Positions 9,729-17,524 of a stretch of DNA of 52,717 nucleotides are shown here, piece by piece. The number at the start of each line of letters is the position of its first letter. Position 1 is the stretch's first letter. The translations under genes and the position numbers were made by a program. Source of the stretch: a virus (lineage: Duplodnaviria; Caudoviricetes); the IMG/VR virus record IMGVR_UViG_3300035701_000046, positions 1 to 52,717 of that record; one strand, given 5' to 3'. Under the pieces are notes generated by a model. It did not search any database and was not told the DNA's origin. It was given only the letters and a program-made list of their open reading frames with translations.

Positions 9729-9925
9729 GTTTCCCTCACGTATCTGAAGTTCCCTCGGAAATACTTCCGGCACGTACCGCATAGTCTTCGTGCGACTGGG
9801 TCCCAACTGCCGTCTTCACATCGAAGCTGCGCGGGGCGACTTACGTCGTCGCTTGGGGAGCAGCAGTATCCGCACTTTTCCCTTGGGATCTCCCGAGTAT
9901 CTCTTTCGTCATCATCTCGTCGCAT
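9713..9925 (-). CDS. CGYC..CxxC zinc-finger protein, paralogue 2 (start uncertain)
   Basis: CGYC-S-S-D..EDG-WD-V-R-LC--CR shared with 9109-9393. Confidence 0.5.
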   Translation of the reverse strand: MRRDDDERDTREIPREKCGYCCSPSDDVSRPAQLRCEDGSWDPVARRLCGTCRKYFRGNFRYVRETCQTK

Positions 9926-10089
9926 TTTGAGCACCGATAGAGAATCGTTGTGACGCCAAACGACAAGCGTTCGAGCGTCTTCATTGTGCCGTCAGTGTCG
10001 TCGGAGGAACCTTCGCCGCTGACTTGTGCCGCAGCCGGAGAAGCGTAGAATCTCTCGACCTCTTTGTAGTCGTGTTCACATTCGCTCAT
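9841..10089 (-). CDS. small Zn-ribbon protein
   Basis: CEH..CSKC; GAGGTG SD; first gene after promoter at 10119-10148. Confidence 0.65.
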   Translation of the reverse strand: MSECEHDYKEVERFYASPAAAQVSGEGSSDDTDGTMKTLERLSFGVTTILYRCSKCDEMMTKEILGRSQGKSADTAAPQATT

Positions 10090-10118
10090 GTGACGCACCT
10101 CTCTTCACAGGAGGAACG

Positions 10119-10148
10119 ATCATCCCACAGAGGCGATGCCTTTGTCAA
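10119..10148 (-). promoter_or_regulatory. sigma70-like promoter of leftward early operon
   Basis: TTGACA-N18-GATGAT with TGTGG before -10; resembles 12634 and 37375. Confidence 0.65.
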
Positions 10149-10182
10149 GAATTATTGTAGTTTACAAGCAGGAGATCGACAG

Positions 10183-10704
10183 TCAATCGGGCCAGGAATC
10201 CGTGCAATCCGTCTCGGGCCGTAAAGGCTTGTCCCACGAGTCTGTCACCGGGGCCTCGGCTTCTCGCGCTCGGGCGAGCGCCTTACAATACTCCGAGGTC
10301 CAGTATTCACTCGCGAGGTCTCCGATGCTCAGGCGGGAAAAATGGTGGGCAAGAAGCCAATCGACGAAGCCGGTCCCGATCTGGATGCGCTCGCGGTAGA
10401 GTGGCCCCCACTCGGCTTCTCGGGAGAATGGCGGCAACTCCCGCCACCTCGCATTGTGCTCCGGGAACATTTCCTGGCGTAGGTGCGCCATCATCCGGTG
10501 GACACGCTCGAAGTATCGAGGGGAACTGATCTGTGGCGCTGAGACCCCGTTCGACTTCTTGAACGCTTTTCGGAAATGCTCTATGATCTCCTGGAGTGCC
10601 CGGCGATCAAGCGTGATCGGATCGAGGGGATTGTCGCCGCGCGGGCGCAGCGGGGGACCTACAACGAAGGAAAGCTCAGGCTCGTGGCAACGCTTTGTCG
10701 TCAT
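10183..10704 (-). CDS. hypothetical protein
   Basis: ~173 aa, AGG SD. Confidence 0.55.
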   Translation of the reverse strand: MTTKRCHEPELSFVVGPPLRPRGDNPLDPITLDRRALQEIIEHFRKAFKKSNGVSAPQISSPRYFERVHRMMAHLRQEMFPEHNARWRELPPFSREAEWGPLYRERIQIGTGFVDWLLAHHFSRLSIGDLASEYWTSEYCKALARAREAEAPVTDSWDKPLRPETDCTDSWPD

Positions 10705-10833
10705 CGTCGGACCTACCTTCAACGGAATGTGGAGCGGAAAGGCGAGACCAACGGATACGCTCCAATTCTACAGAGACCCTGCCTCATGGCAAGGCCGTTT
10801 TCCGCGAGCGGGGGACAAACCTGTGGGAAAAAG

Positions 10834-10842
10834 TTATCCACA
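10834..10842 (+). promoter_or_regulatory. DnaA-box consensus
   Basis: TTATCCACA in a divergent intergenic region. Confidence 0.5.
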
Positions 10843-10904
10843 TTTTTTTTCGAGCCAGGGCAAAAAAGACTTGCGGTATAAGCTAAGTCGGCGTTTATAG
10901 TCTT

Positions 10905-11253
10905 GACTCGTGTGATACCCTGCGACGGGGTGGGCGGGGAATAAGCATGTACAAGCATCTGTGGTAACCCGGTCGAAGACCGACTGCCGGAGTGGAACCT
11001 CTCCAAAACCATCTTTCTACACAAGTTCCAATCCGCCAGGAACCCCCCGAGAACGGTGTGGGGTAGCAGGAAACCCCTACAGCCTCCGCCTTCCGTTCAG
11101 GCACAAGGATCCCTGGCTTGGACAAAACGATACCGATGGCTTGGGAGGGTAAACAAAACGGTATCGCTGGCACCACCCAACCCCACCGAGCGGCTCGCGA
11201 GCCAGCTCGCTCGCGAATCCGAATAGCAGTCGGTCCCCCCGTCAAAGAGAGTC
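10905..11253 (+). ncRNA. candidate large structured ncRNA (~350 nt)
   Basis: nested long-range stems 10924-30/11237-43, 10978-87/11226-35, 11051-56/11093-98, 11128-35/11159-66; no credible ORF. Confidence 0.6.
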
Positions 11254-11299
11254 GCCCCCAAGAGGCCCGGATTCTGTGTCCAGTTGTAAGGAGGTTTCC

Positions 11300-11920
11300 A
11301 TGATAGAAATCATCTGTATTCTTGACCGAAGTGGGTCAATGACGAGGATAAAGAACGATGCGATCGGATCCTTCAACACGTTCCTGACCGAGCAGCAGAA
11401 GGTCCCCGGTGACGCGGTCGTGACGGTGGTGCTTTTCAACGACGAGTACCGGGCGCTCTATGAGCAGAAACCGCTCGCGGAGGTCCCGCTCTTGACCGAA
11501 GAGACGTATCAGACGACTGGGTCCACGGCGCTCCTCCACGCGATCTGCCGGACCCTCGAAGCTCCCGACAAGCCGGAGCGCGGTATCGTCGTGATCCTCA
11601 CGGATGGCGAGGAGAACGCTTCCCCGGTGGAGTACACCAAGGAACGCGCGGCGAAGGCCGTGAAGGCGCTGGAGGACAAGGGCTGGCAGGTCCACTATCT
11701 GGCGGCGAACCAGGATGCGTTCGCGGAAGGGGCGGCCCTCGGGATCACCCATACGTTGAACTATGCCGCGACGCCCGATGGAATCCGGCACGCTTATGCG
11801 GTGGCCGGTCAATCGACGATGTGCTATCGTACCGGATTCCCGCCGCATGTGACGTTGCCCGATGGGACGACGGCGGATCCGATCGCGTTCCAGAGCACGA
11901 CGACCGATGGAAAAGACTGA
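11300..11920 (+). CDS. von Willebrand factor A domain protein
   Basis: MIDAS 'ILDRSGSM', 'GSTAL', 'VILTDGEENAS', 'YLAANQDA'; AAGGAGG SD. Confidence 0.93.
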   Translation: MIEIICILDRSGSMTRIKNDAIGSFNTFLTEQQKVPGDAVVTVVLFNDEYRALYEQKPLAEVPLLTEETYQTTGSTALLHAICRTLEAPDKPERGIVVILTDGEENASPVEYTKERAAKAVKALEDKGWQVHYLAANQDAFAEGAALGITHTLNYAATPDGIRHAYAVAGQSTMCYRTGFPPHVTLPDGTTADPIAFQSTTTDGKD

Positions 11921-12626
11921 CCGGATTCTCACTGGGGATGCCCTGACCGTTCTCGGGACGCTTGATTCGGAGAGCGTCCAATGCTGTGTCACGTCGCCCC
12001 CGTATTGGGGGCTACGTGACTACGGCACGGCGACGTGGGAAGGTGGGGACGCGGCGTGCGACCACAGGGTAGGTGGGCAGGTGCCGGACAACAAAGCTCC
12101 GGGCGCAATAGTAACCGGCCAACGACCGGGCGTTGACGCGAGCGTGTGCCGCAAGTGCGGTGCTTGTCGAATCGACGACCAACTCGGCCTTGAATCCACG
12201 CCGGAGGAGTATGTCGCCCACATGGAGGCGATCAAGGAACCAATGGCCGAGGCGTCTGCGGCAAGGTATGAATACTCGTTCGGCGGGGAAAAGAACATCC
12301 GACTAAAGGCAACAGATAAGCCAACCGCTCTTGTCGGAAACAGAGATGTCACCGATGGCCGTAACCGCCGCTCGGTCTGGACGATCACGACGAAGCCTTA
12401 CAAAGAGGCCCACTTCGCCACGTTCCCCCCGGAAATCCCCAAGCTGTGCATCCTCGCGGCAACGAGGCCGGGCGATGTCGTCCTCGACCCCTTCTTGGGG
12501 AGCGGGACGACGGCTGCGGTTGCCCTGGAATTCGGCAGGCGCTACATCGGGATCGAGCTGAAGGCGGAGTACGTCGAACTCGCGAGGATGCGGTTGAAAC
12601 AGACTAACGTCGGTCTCGGGATTTGA
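11907..12626 (+). pseudogene. beta-class N4/N6 DNA methyltransferase with apparent in-frame internal deletion
   Basis: TSPPY, HFATFP, VLDPFLGSGTT, GIEL present; the core between 'PEEYVAHM' and 'EAIKEP' is missing. Confidence 0.7.
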
Positions 12627-12633
12627 ATAATTC

Positions 12634-12662
12634 TTGACAACCCCATCGGGACGTGAGAAGAT
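12634..12662 (+). promoter_or_regulatory. sigma70-like promoter
   Basis: TTGACA-N17-GAAGAT. Confidence 0.65.
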
Positions 12663-12684
12663 CGCCCGGCTAAGTTGTCGTTGT

Positions 12685-12782
12685 CCGAATTCCCCGTGTC
12701 CGCGAAAGCGGTGAGGAGCAAAGGCCCGGAACACTGTCTGTTCGCGGGCGATGGAATCCAAAGACAGCGCGGGGCAATTCGG
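12685..12782 (+). ncRNA. candidate structured leader RNA, motif copy B
   Basis: closing stem CCGAATT-CCCCGTG/CGCGGGG-CAATTCGG, CCGC-GAAA-GCGG hairpin, CTGTCT/AGACAG stem. Confidence 0.55.
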
Positions 12783-12806
12783 TATCTCAAGGAAGGAAGG
12801 TTGACG

Positions 12807-13328
12807 GTGAAACTCATCGAGGCGATGAAGCGGATCAAAGAGCTTCAGCAGAAGGCGGACGATATCAAGAAGAAGGTCGCGGATAACTGCGCCCTTCTCT
12901 CGATCGAGACGCCGGTGTACGGGAAGGATCAGATCACGCAGATCACCGGCTGGCTCCAGTCGTGTTCGGACATCAGGAAAGAGATTCTGAGACTCCGAGT
13001 CGCGATTCAGCGGACGAATCTGGAGACCAAGGTCGAGGTCGATTTCGGCGAGCCTACGGGCCGCGTGACGAAGACGCTTGCCGAATGGATCCACCGGCGG
13101 CGCGATCTGGCGAAAGCGGATGAGACTCTCTGGATGTCTCTCACTGACCGGAATCTGAAAGAGCAGAGGGTTTCCTCGGGTCCGGCCCAGCCGGGTACGG
13201 ATATCACGATCATTCGGTTCTTCAACCCGGTACAGCGGGATCAGATGATCGCGCTTTACCGGGCGGAGCCGGGGATCATCGACCGGACGCTTGAAGTGAC
13301 GAATGCGATCACCGATCTGATCGAGTAG
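12807..13328 (+). CDS. coiled-coil protein resembling the DIP1984/DUF6847 family
   Basis: GTG start after AGGAAGG; 'MKLIEAMKRIKELQ..IQRTNLET..TLAEWIHRR..LEVTNAITDL'; family assignment from memory. Confidence 0.65.
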   Translation: MKLIEAMKRIKELQQKADDIKKKVADNCALLSIETPVYGKDQITQITGWLQSCSDIRKEILRLRVAIQRTNLETKVEVDFGEPTGRVTKTLAEWIHRRRDLAKADETLWMSLTDRNLKEQRVSSGPAQPGTDITIIRFFNPVQRDQMIALYRAEPGIIDRTLEVTNAITDLIE

Positions 13329-13335
13329 GTTTTTG

Positions 13336-13659
13336 TCGCAGCTTACGTGAGGAGATAAAAACCGGCAGTAGTGTAGCGACTCGACTACAGTTGAAACCCG
13401 TAGTCACGCCTGAAAGGGCACAGGTTTATGGAACCTGCAATTAAAAACCTCGTCGGACTTGAAATCCGATGCGATCCTTCAAGGATGCAAGGTTCAAGAC
13501 CCAAGGCAGTAAGGCTCAAGTCGAGTAAGGCAGCAAGACGCAAGAGAGTAAGGATGGAACGCTGAGGCCGCAAGGCGAGTAGGCGAATGTCCTCGGACAA
13601 GTTATCGTACTACACTCCGGCCCGGATACTTCTGAGGCTTCCCTCCTGGGAAGCTGCGA
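13336..13659 (+). ncRNA. candidate structured ncRNA with a YAAG repeat tract
   Basis: terminal stem TCGCAGCTT/AAGCTGCGA, inner stem AGTGTAG/CTACACT, four local hairpins, ten YAAG units at 13480-13552. Confidence 0.75.
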
Positions 13660-13702
13660 TTTAAGACGATTGTTGACGTTGAACAAGAAAGGGGAACGGA
13701 TA

Positions 13703-13867
13703 ATGGCTTTCAATCAAAACGAACTCGCGAAGAGAATCGCGGCGAAAGGCGAGATAAAGGCGGTTCAGGCCAAGGAAGCGATCCGCGAGACTCTTTACGA
13801 GTTGGCGCGGCTGAGCGACAAAGACCTAGCGCGGGTTCTCAAGAAGTATCAGGCCATTAGTTTCTGA
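13703..13867 (+). CDS. short HU/IHF-like protein (N-terminal helices only)
   Basis: 'FNQNELAKRIAAKGEIKAVQAKEAIRETL' resembles HU helices 1-2; no beta-arm. Confidence 0.55.
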   Translation: MAFNQNELAKRIAAKGEIKAVQAKEAIRETLYELARLSDKDLARVLKKYQAISF

Positions 13868-14078
13868 TCGAGGGAGCGCGGGTGCGTTCGACGACGAAAC
13901 CACGAGCAGCGAGAGCGATTCTTTCTGATGGGCTGTGGCCTGATCATCCTCCGGCTCTCTTGTGGCGGATGTCGTGAGGTGGTTCAGAAGCGGATAACAA
14001 GTTGGTGCGCTGGGTAGCTGATCGGCTCTCCCAATATCCCTGCCAATCCGCGACGCGCCTTTTCTTAGATTGTTCGAA

Positions 14079-14402
14079 ATGGAAGACAACAAACGCTGGA
14101 ATCGCACCGATCTCCCCGATGTGATGTTCGATCACGTTGTCACGATCGAGATTAATCATCCTTTACAGAGATTTCGCATCTTCTTTTCTGAGCAGTTCAC
14201 GAAGGATTTGACCGATTTCTGGGAGGCGACGGGACTCGGCCCACAGAAGGTGGAACCCGTCCCAGATGGCCCGCTGATGTTCCGTGGCGAATATAAATTG
14301 ATAGAAGGGAAATCTCTTTTTGAGTCTGTCAACGAGACTCTTTGTCAGATGCAGAAGACAAAGGCGTATCCGATGACACCGTCGAAGAAGTCGGTTCAAT
14401 GA
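14079..14402 (+). CDS. hypothetical protein
   Basis: ~107 aa ORF. Confidence 0.5.
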   Translation: MEDNKRWNRTDLPDVMFDHVVTIEINHPLQRFRIFFSEQFTKDLTDFWEATGLGPQKVEPVPDGPLMFRGEYKLIEGKSLFESVNETLCQMQKTKAYPMTPSKKSVQ

Positions 14403-14420
14403 GGATCGCGCGGTAACAAG

Positions 14421-14696
14421 CTACGATACGCTCCTTTTCGTGTTGCAATTCTGCAAGGTCAGCGGAGCATCTGCGGGCGGTGGCCCTGATCGGAGCAGAT
14501 CGAGGGCAAGGGATAAGAGAGTTTGTGCATCTTCTGAAGCAACCGTTGCGCTCCACCATTCTTCCTCTATCTTGACCCAAAATCCGAATCGTATACCTAT
14601 CGCGGTATTGGCCCACCCCATTCGGAGTTCGCCATAGTCTGAAACGGGGTACCTGTTGAGAAGTTCTGAGATTTCTGTGTCGCATTTCATGAACAT
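14421..14696 (-). CDS. hypothetical protein
   Basis: 91 aa, GGAG SD. Confidence 0.55.
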   Translation of the reverse strand: MFMKCDTEISELLNRYPVSDYGELRMGWANTAIGIRFGFWVKIEEEWWSATVASEDAQTLLSLALDLLRSGPPPADAPLTLQNCNTKRSVS

Positions 14697-14717
14697 GACT
14701 CGTTCTCTCCAATCGCT

Positions 14718-14924
14718 TTATCCACGGTGAATTTGTAGGTCGTGCGCTTTCAGATAGTCGATGATCTTGTTGATCGCATCCCGGTTCTCGATCACGTACC
14801 GGATCATTTCTTGAGCCGGTTTCGTGGAAACTGGTTCGGGGTCAAGCGTGATATCGAGAATCTCAGGTAACGGTCGTGGGACCTCTGGATGGTCTTTCTC
14901 CTTGCTGGAATCCGTCTTTGTCAT
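14718..14924 (-). CDS. hypothetical protein
   Basis: 68 aa, ATGA coupling to SNF2 gene. Confidence 0.6.
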   Translation of the reverse strand: MTKTDSSKEKDHPEVPRPLPEILDITLDPEPVSTKPAQEMIRYVIENRDAINKIIDYLKAHDLQIHRG

Positions 14925-16774
14925 CCTCTGTACCTCCTGACGATATCGCGGATGCTCTCCCGTGTAACCGCTTTCCCTTCATCCCCGTCGTCCATGAAGT
15001 CGATCATGACCTGTCGTTTAGGTTCCAGGATGTTGTTGAAGATGTACTCCTCAACCGTGCGTTCCGTGAAAAGCGTGCAGATGATCACCTGGTCGAACTT
15101 GGACGTAAACCGGCGGACGCGCCCGGCTCGTTGCTGCATGTGTGCGGGATTCCACAAGAGATCGTAATTGACGAGCCATCGCGCGGCCTGAAGATCGCGG
15201 CCTTTCTGCCAGACATCACTCGTGACGAGAATCTTGACATCGGGGTTCTCCTGGAACTCGGTCTGGATCGCCTCGCGGTCAAGGTCCATCCCCCCGTGGA
15301 GACCGATCGTGCGCCAGTACCGATCGAGCTTGTCGATGAGTTTCTCAACGACCTTCTGGAAGTAGGCGAAGACGACGAATTTCGCCTCCGGCTCGGCGGA
15401 CTCGATCACTTCGAGGAGCAGGTCGAATTTCGGGTTTTCCGTGACGTTCGGATCGACGATCTCGGGGAAGCAGCAGACTTGCCGCTCTCGGTTCATCCTC
15501 CAGAGGCTATCCGTCGGGGCGATGAATCCCCGGTCGCGGATGACTTCCTCGCGTTTCTTCTCTTCCTCGTCCAGAACCTGCCGGTAGAGTGCCCGCTGAT
15601 TGGCCGTTAAAATAATTCTACGATCGATAAAGTGCATCTTTGGAAGGACATCCTCGGCTCCCTCAAGCTGGTCGATCCGGCGGCGAACCACGTAGGGTCG
15701 GGCTTTCCTCTTGACCTCCGGGATCCGGCGGTACTTCTCGACCTCGCTGTAGGCTTCCGCGTTGATGTAGCGGAGATCGAATCCGTAGAAGCTCCCGAAG
15801 ACCTCGGGCCGAACGACCCGGAAAACGCTGTGAAGTTCCTCCAGGCGGCCCTCGATGTACGTCGCTGACATGGCGTAGACGTGCTCAGCTTGGTTCGCGA
15901 GATGGCGAACCCCGATTGTCTGAAGCGAACTCGGGTGCTTGCAGTGCTGGACCTCGTCGATCACCATCGCGTATTTCCCGGCGGCTTGGCGGATAAGCAT
16001 GCAGTCTGCCTCGGCGGTGATGACGGCGGGCGGAGTTCGCTGACCGGGCAGCTTCGGGGGGCGCTTGATCCCAGATCGGAGCGTCGTGTACCCGATCACG
16101 AGGTAGCAAGGTCCGGGGTCGGCGGCGAAAGCCTCGTAGAGCTTCCTGCGGCGTTTCGGGTTGCCAGAGATCACGTAGGCGGGCCAGGGGACGAACTTCT
16201 GCACCTCGCCCGGCTTTTTGGCTGTCCCGCCCCATTTCTCCCGGAGATCCGTCTCGCAGATGATGATGACCTTGCCGTAGGTGTTCTTGAGGAACCCGAG
16301 CGCCGTCGCCGCCAGCGCCTCGACGCTCTTCCCAGAGCCGGTTGGGTCCCCGGAGAGTGCCCGACGGCTCCTGAAAAGGAAGTATGCGGCAACCTGCTGG
16401 AATCGGGGGAAGTTCTCGGCCTTGAAGTACCCGTCGAGACCGAGTCGATCCGGGATCGTCTCGGGGAGCTGCTGCTGGAGTCCCCGGCGGCGTGCGATGC
16501 TCCCGCGCCACAGGTCGATCAGTTGGCGCGCGGCGACCGTATAGCTGAGCGCGATCGGTTGCGGATACTTGGTCGAGAGCTGGGTGGCATCGTCGATCAA
16601 GTCATCCAGGCAGTTGAGCGGGATGAACCAGAGCTTGGTTTTATCGTCATACTTCCGGCTTGCGAGGTTGCGGACCAGGGAGAGCATACTGGCCCAGTCC
16701 GCAGACCCGTTACCGGATCGGCGAATCTGGACGGTCAGATTCTTACCATCTCGTGCGTCGTCGATGATGAACAT
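14921..16774 (-). CDS. SNF2-family (SF2) helicase/ATPase with HARP-like N-terminus
   Basis: 'DPTGSGKS', 'IDEVQHCK', SAT, 'YDLLWNPAHMQQRAGRVRR'; N-terminal 'RKYDDKTKLWFIP'. Confidence 0.92.
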   Translation of the reverse strand: MFIIDDARDGKNLTVQIRRSGNGSADWASMLSLVRNLASRKYDDKTKLWFIPLNCLDDLIDDATQLSTKYPQPIALSYTVAARQLIDLWRGSIARRRGLQQQLPETIPDRLGLDGYFKAENFPRFQQVAAYFLFRSRRALSGDPTGSGKSVEALAATALGFLKNTYGKVIIICETDLREKWGGTAKKPGEVQKFVPWPAYVISGNPKRRRKLYEAFAADPGPCYLVIGYTTLRSGIKRPPKLPGQRTPPAVITAEADCMLIRQAAGKYAMVIDEVQHCKHPSSLQTIGVRHLANQAEHVYAMSATYIEGRLEELHSVFRVVRPEVFGSFYGFDLRYINAEAYSEVEKYRRIPEVKRKARPYVVRRRIDQLEGAEDVLPKMHFIDRRIILTANQRALYRQVLDEEEKKREEVIRDRGFIAPTDSLWRMNRERQVCCFPEIVDPNVTENPKFDLLLEVIESAEPEAKFVVFAYFQKVVEKLIDKLDRYWRTIGLHGGMDLDREAIQTEFQENPDVKILVTSDVWQKGRDLQAARWLVNYDLLWNPAHMQQRAGRVRRFTSKFDQVIICTLFTERTVEEYIFNNILEPKRQVMIDFMDDGDEGKAVTRESIRDIVRRYRG

Positions 16775-16795
16775 CGATCGGGTCTTCCCCGGCGC

Positions 16796-17134
16796 TTACG
16801 TGTTGACGGGTGTCGATAGCCTGATCTGGATAGAGATCACGACGGGGGCGGATTTCGCGTTATCCCTCGACAGGATCTCGCGAGACTGAATCCACCCTTG
16901 ACAGCGGAGATCGTCGATGATCCTGACGATGACTTCATCCTCCCAGGTGGTGGTCGTCTTCAACGTCTCGATGAATTTCGAACGCTCGATCCAGAAGGTG
17001 CTCTCCTGGGATGTCTGCCCAGGCATCTCTTTGACCATCCGGTTGATCCGCTGGAGATGCCCGAGAACGCATTCCCACTCCTGCTTAGATGCTTCCTGTT
17101 CGAGCTTGTGAAGAAGGTCTTCGCCGATAGTCAT
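16796..17134 (-). CDS. hypothetical protein
   Basis: 112 aa, GAGGTG SD. Confidence 0.65.
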   Translation of the reverse strand: MTIGEDLLHKLEQEASKQEWECVLGHLQRINRMVKEMPGQTSQESTFWIERSKFIETLKTTTTWEDEVIVRIIDDLRCQGWIQSREILSRDNAKSAPVVISIQIRLSTPVNT

Positions 17135-17152
17135 CTTTGTTCACCTCGGGGT

Positions 17153-17320
17153 GCAATCACGTCCCGGTTTGCCCCCGCCGGGCTACCCTGCTCTTCATCG
17201 CGCTCAGCGCGCCGGAGGCCGCTCTCCCTTGTGGGGGTCATCGCAGCCGGTCTCCCCAGGTAAAGGCAGGGGGCGACCTATTGAGCATCTTCAGGACGCT
17301 GCCCGCGTCGCCGTGATTGC
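17153..17320 (-). ncRNA. candidate structured leader/sRNA (~170 nt)
   Basis: 9-bp terminal stem GCAATCACG/CGTGATTGC, multibranch interior; begins just after TATACT at 17336-17331. Confidence 0.55.
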
Positions 17321-17458
17321 GGTCACTCATAGTATACAAGAAAATAAGGATTTCAGGTCAAGGACGATTTTTAGGATACCGGAAAATCCTGTGGAAAAGG
17401 CAACTTTATCGCAAAACATCGTCTAAGATTTCTGTGGAAAACTCGTAAATTCCCCTCA

Positions 17459-17500
17459 AAAACCCGAATTGTAGGTTTATACCAGCCCATAGTATGGAGG
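17459..17500 (+). repeat. 42-bp exact repeat, copy 1 (promoter + RBS cassette)
   Basis: AAAACCCGAATTGTAGGTTTATACCAGCCCATAGTATGGAGG identical to 44341-44382. Confidence 0.9.
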
Positions 17501-17524
17501 TCGTGTATTCGACGAGGGGGCGTA

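Noticed and set aside
10905-11260. tmRNA or RNase P RNA identity
   Set aside because: No T-arm/CCA end or tag frame; no GAGGAAAGUCC P4 strand; kept only as an unclassified RNA
12696-12734. Hammerhead-like layout GTC-stem-GTGAGGA..GGAAC
   Set aside because: Core deviates from CUGAnGA and GAAA, stem II is poor, and the second motif copy does not keep it
13478-13585. CRISPR array or coding repeat
   Set aside because: Units are 7-9 nt with a 4-nt core, no spacer-sized inserts, no cas genes, period not a multiple of 3
13870-14065. Possible further structured RNA
   Set aside because: Only short GC pairings found; not distinguishable from chance by eye
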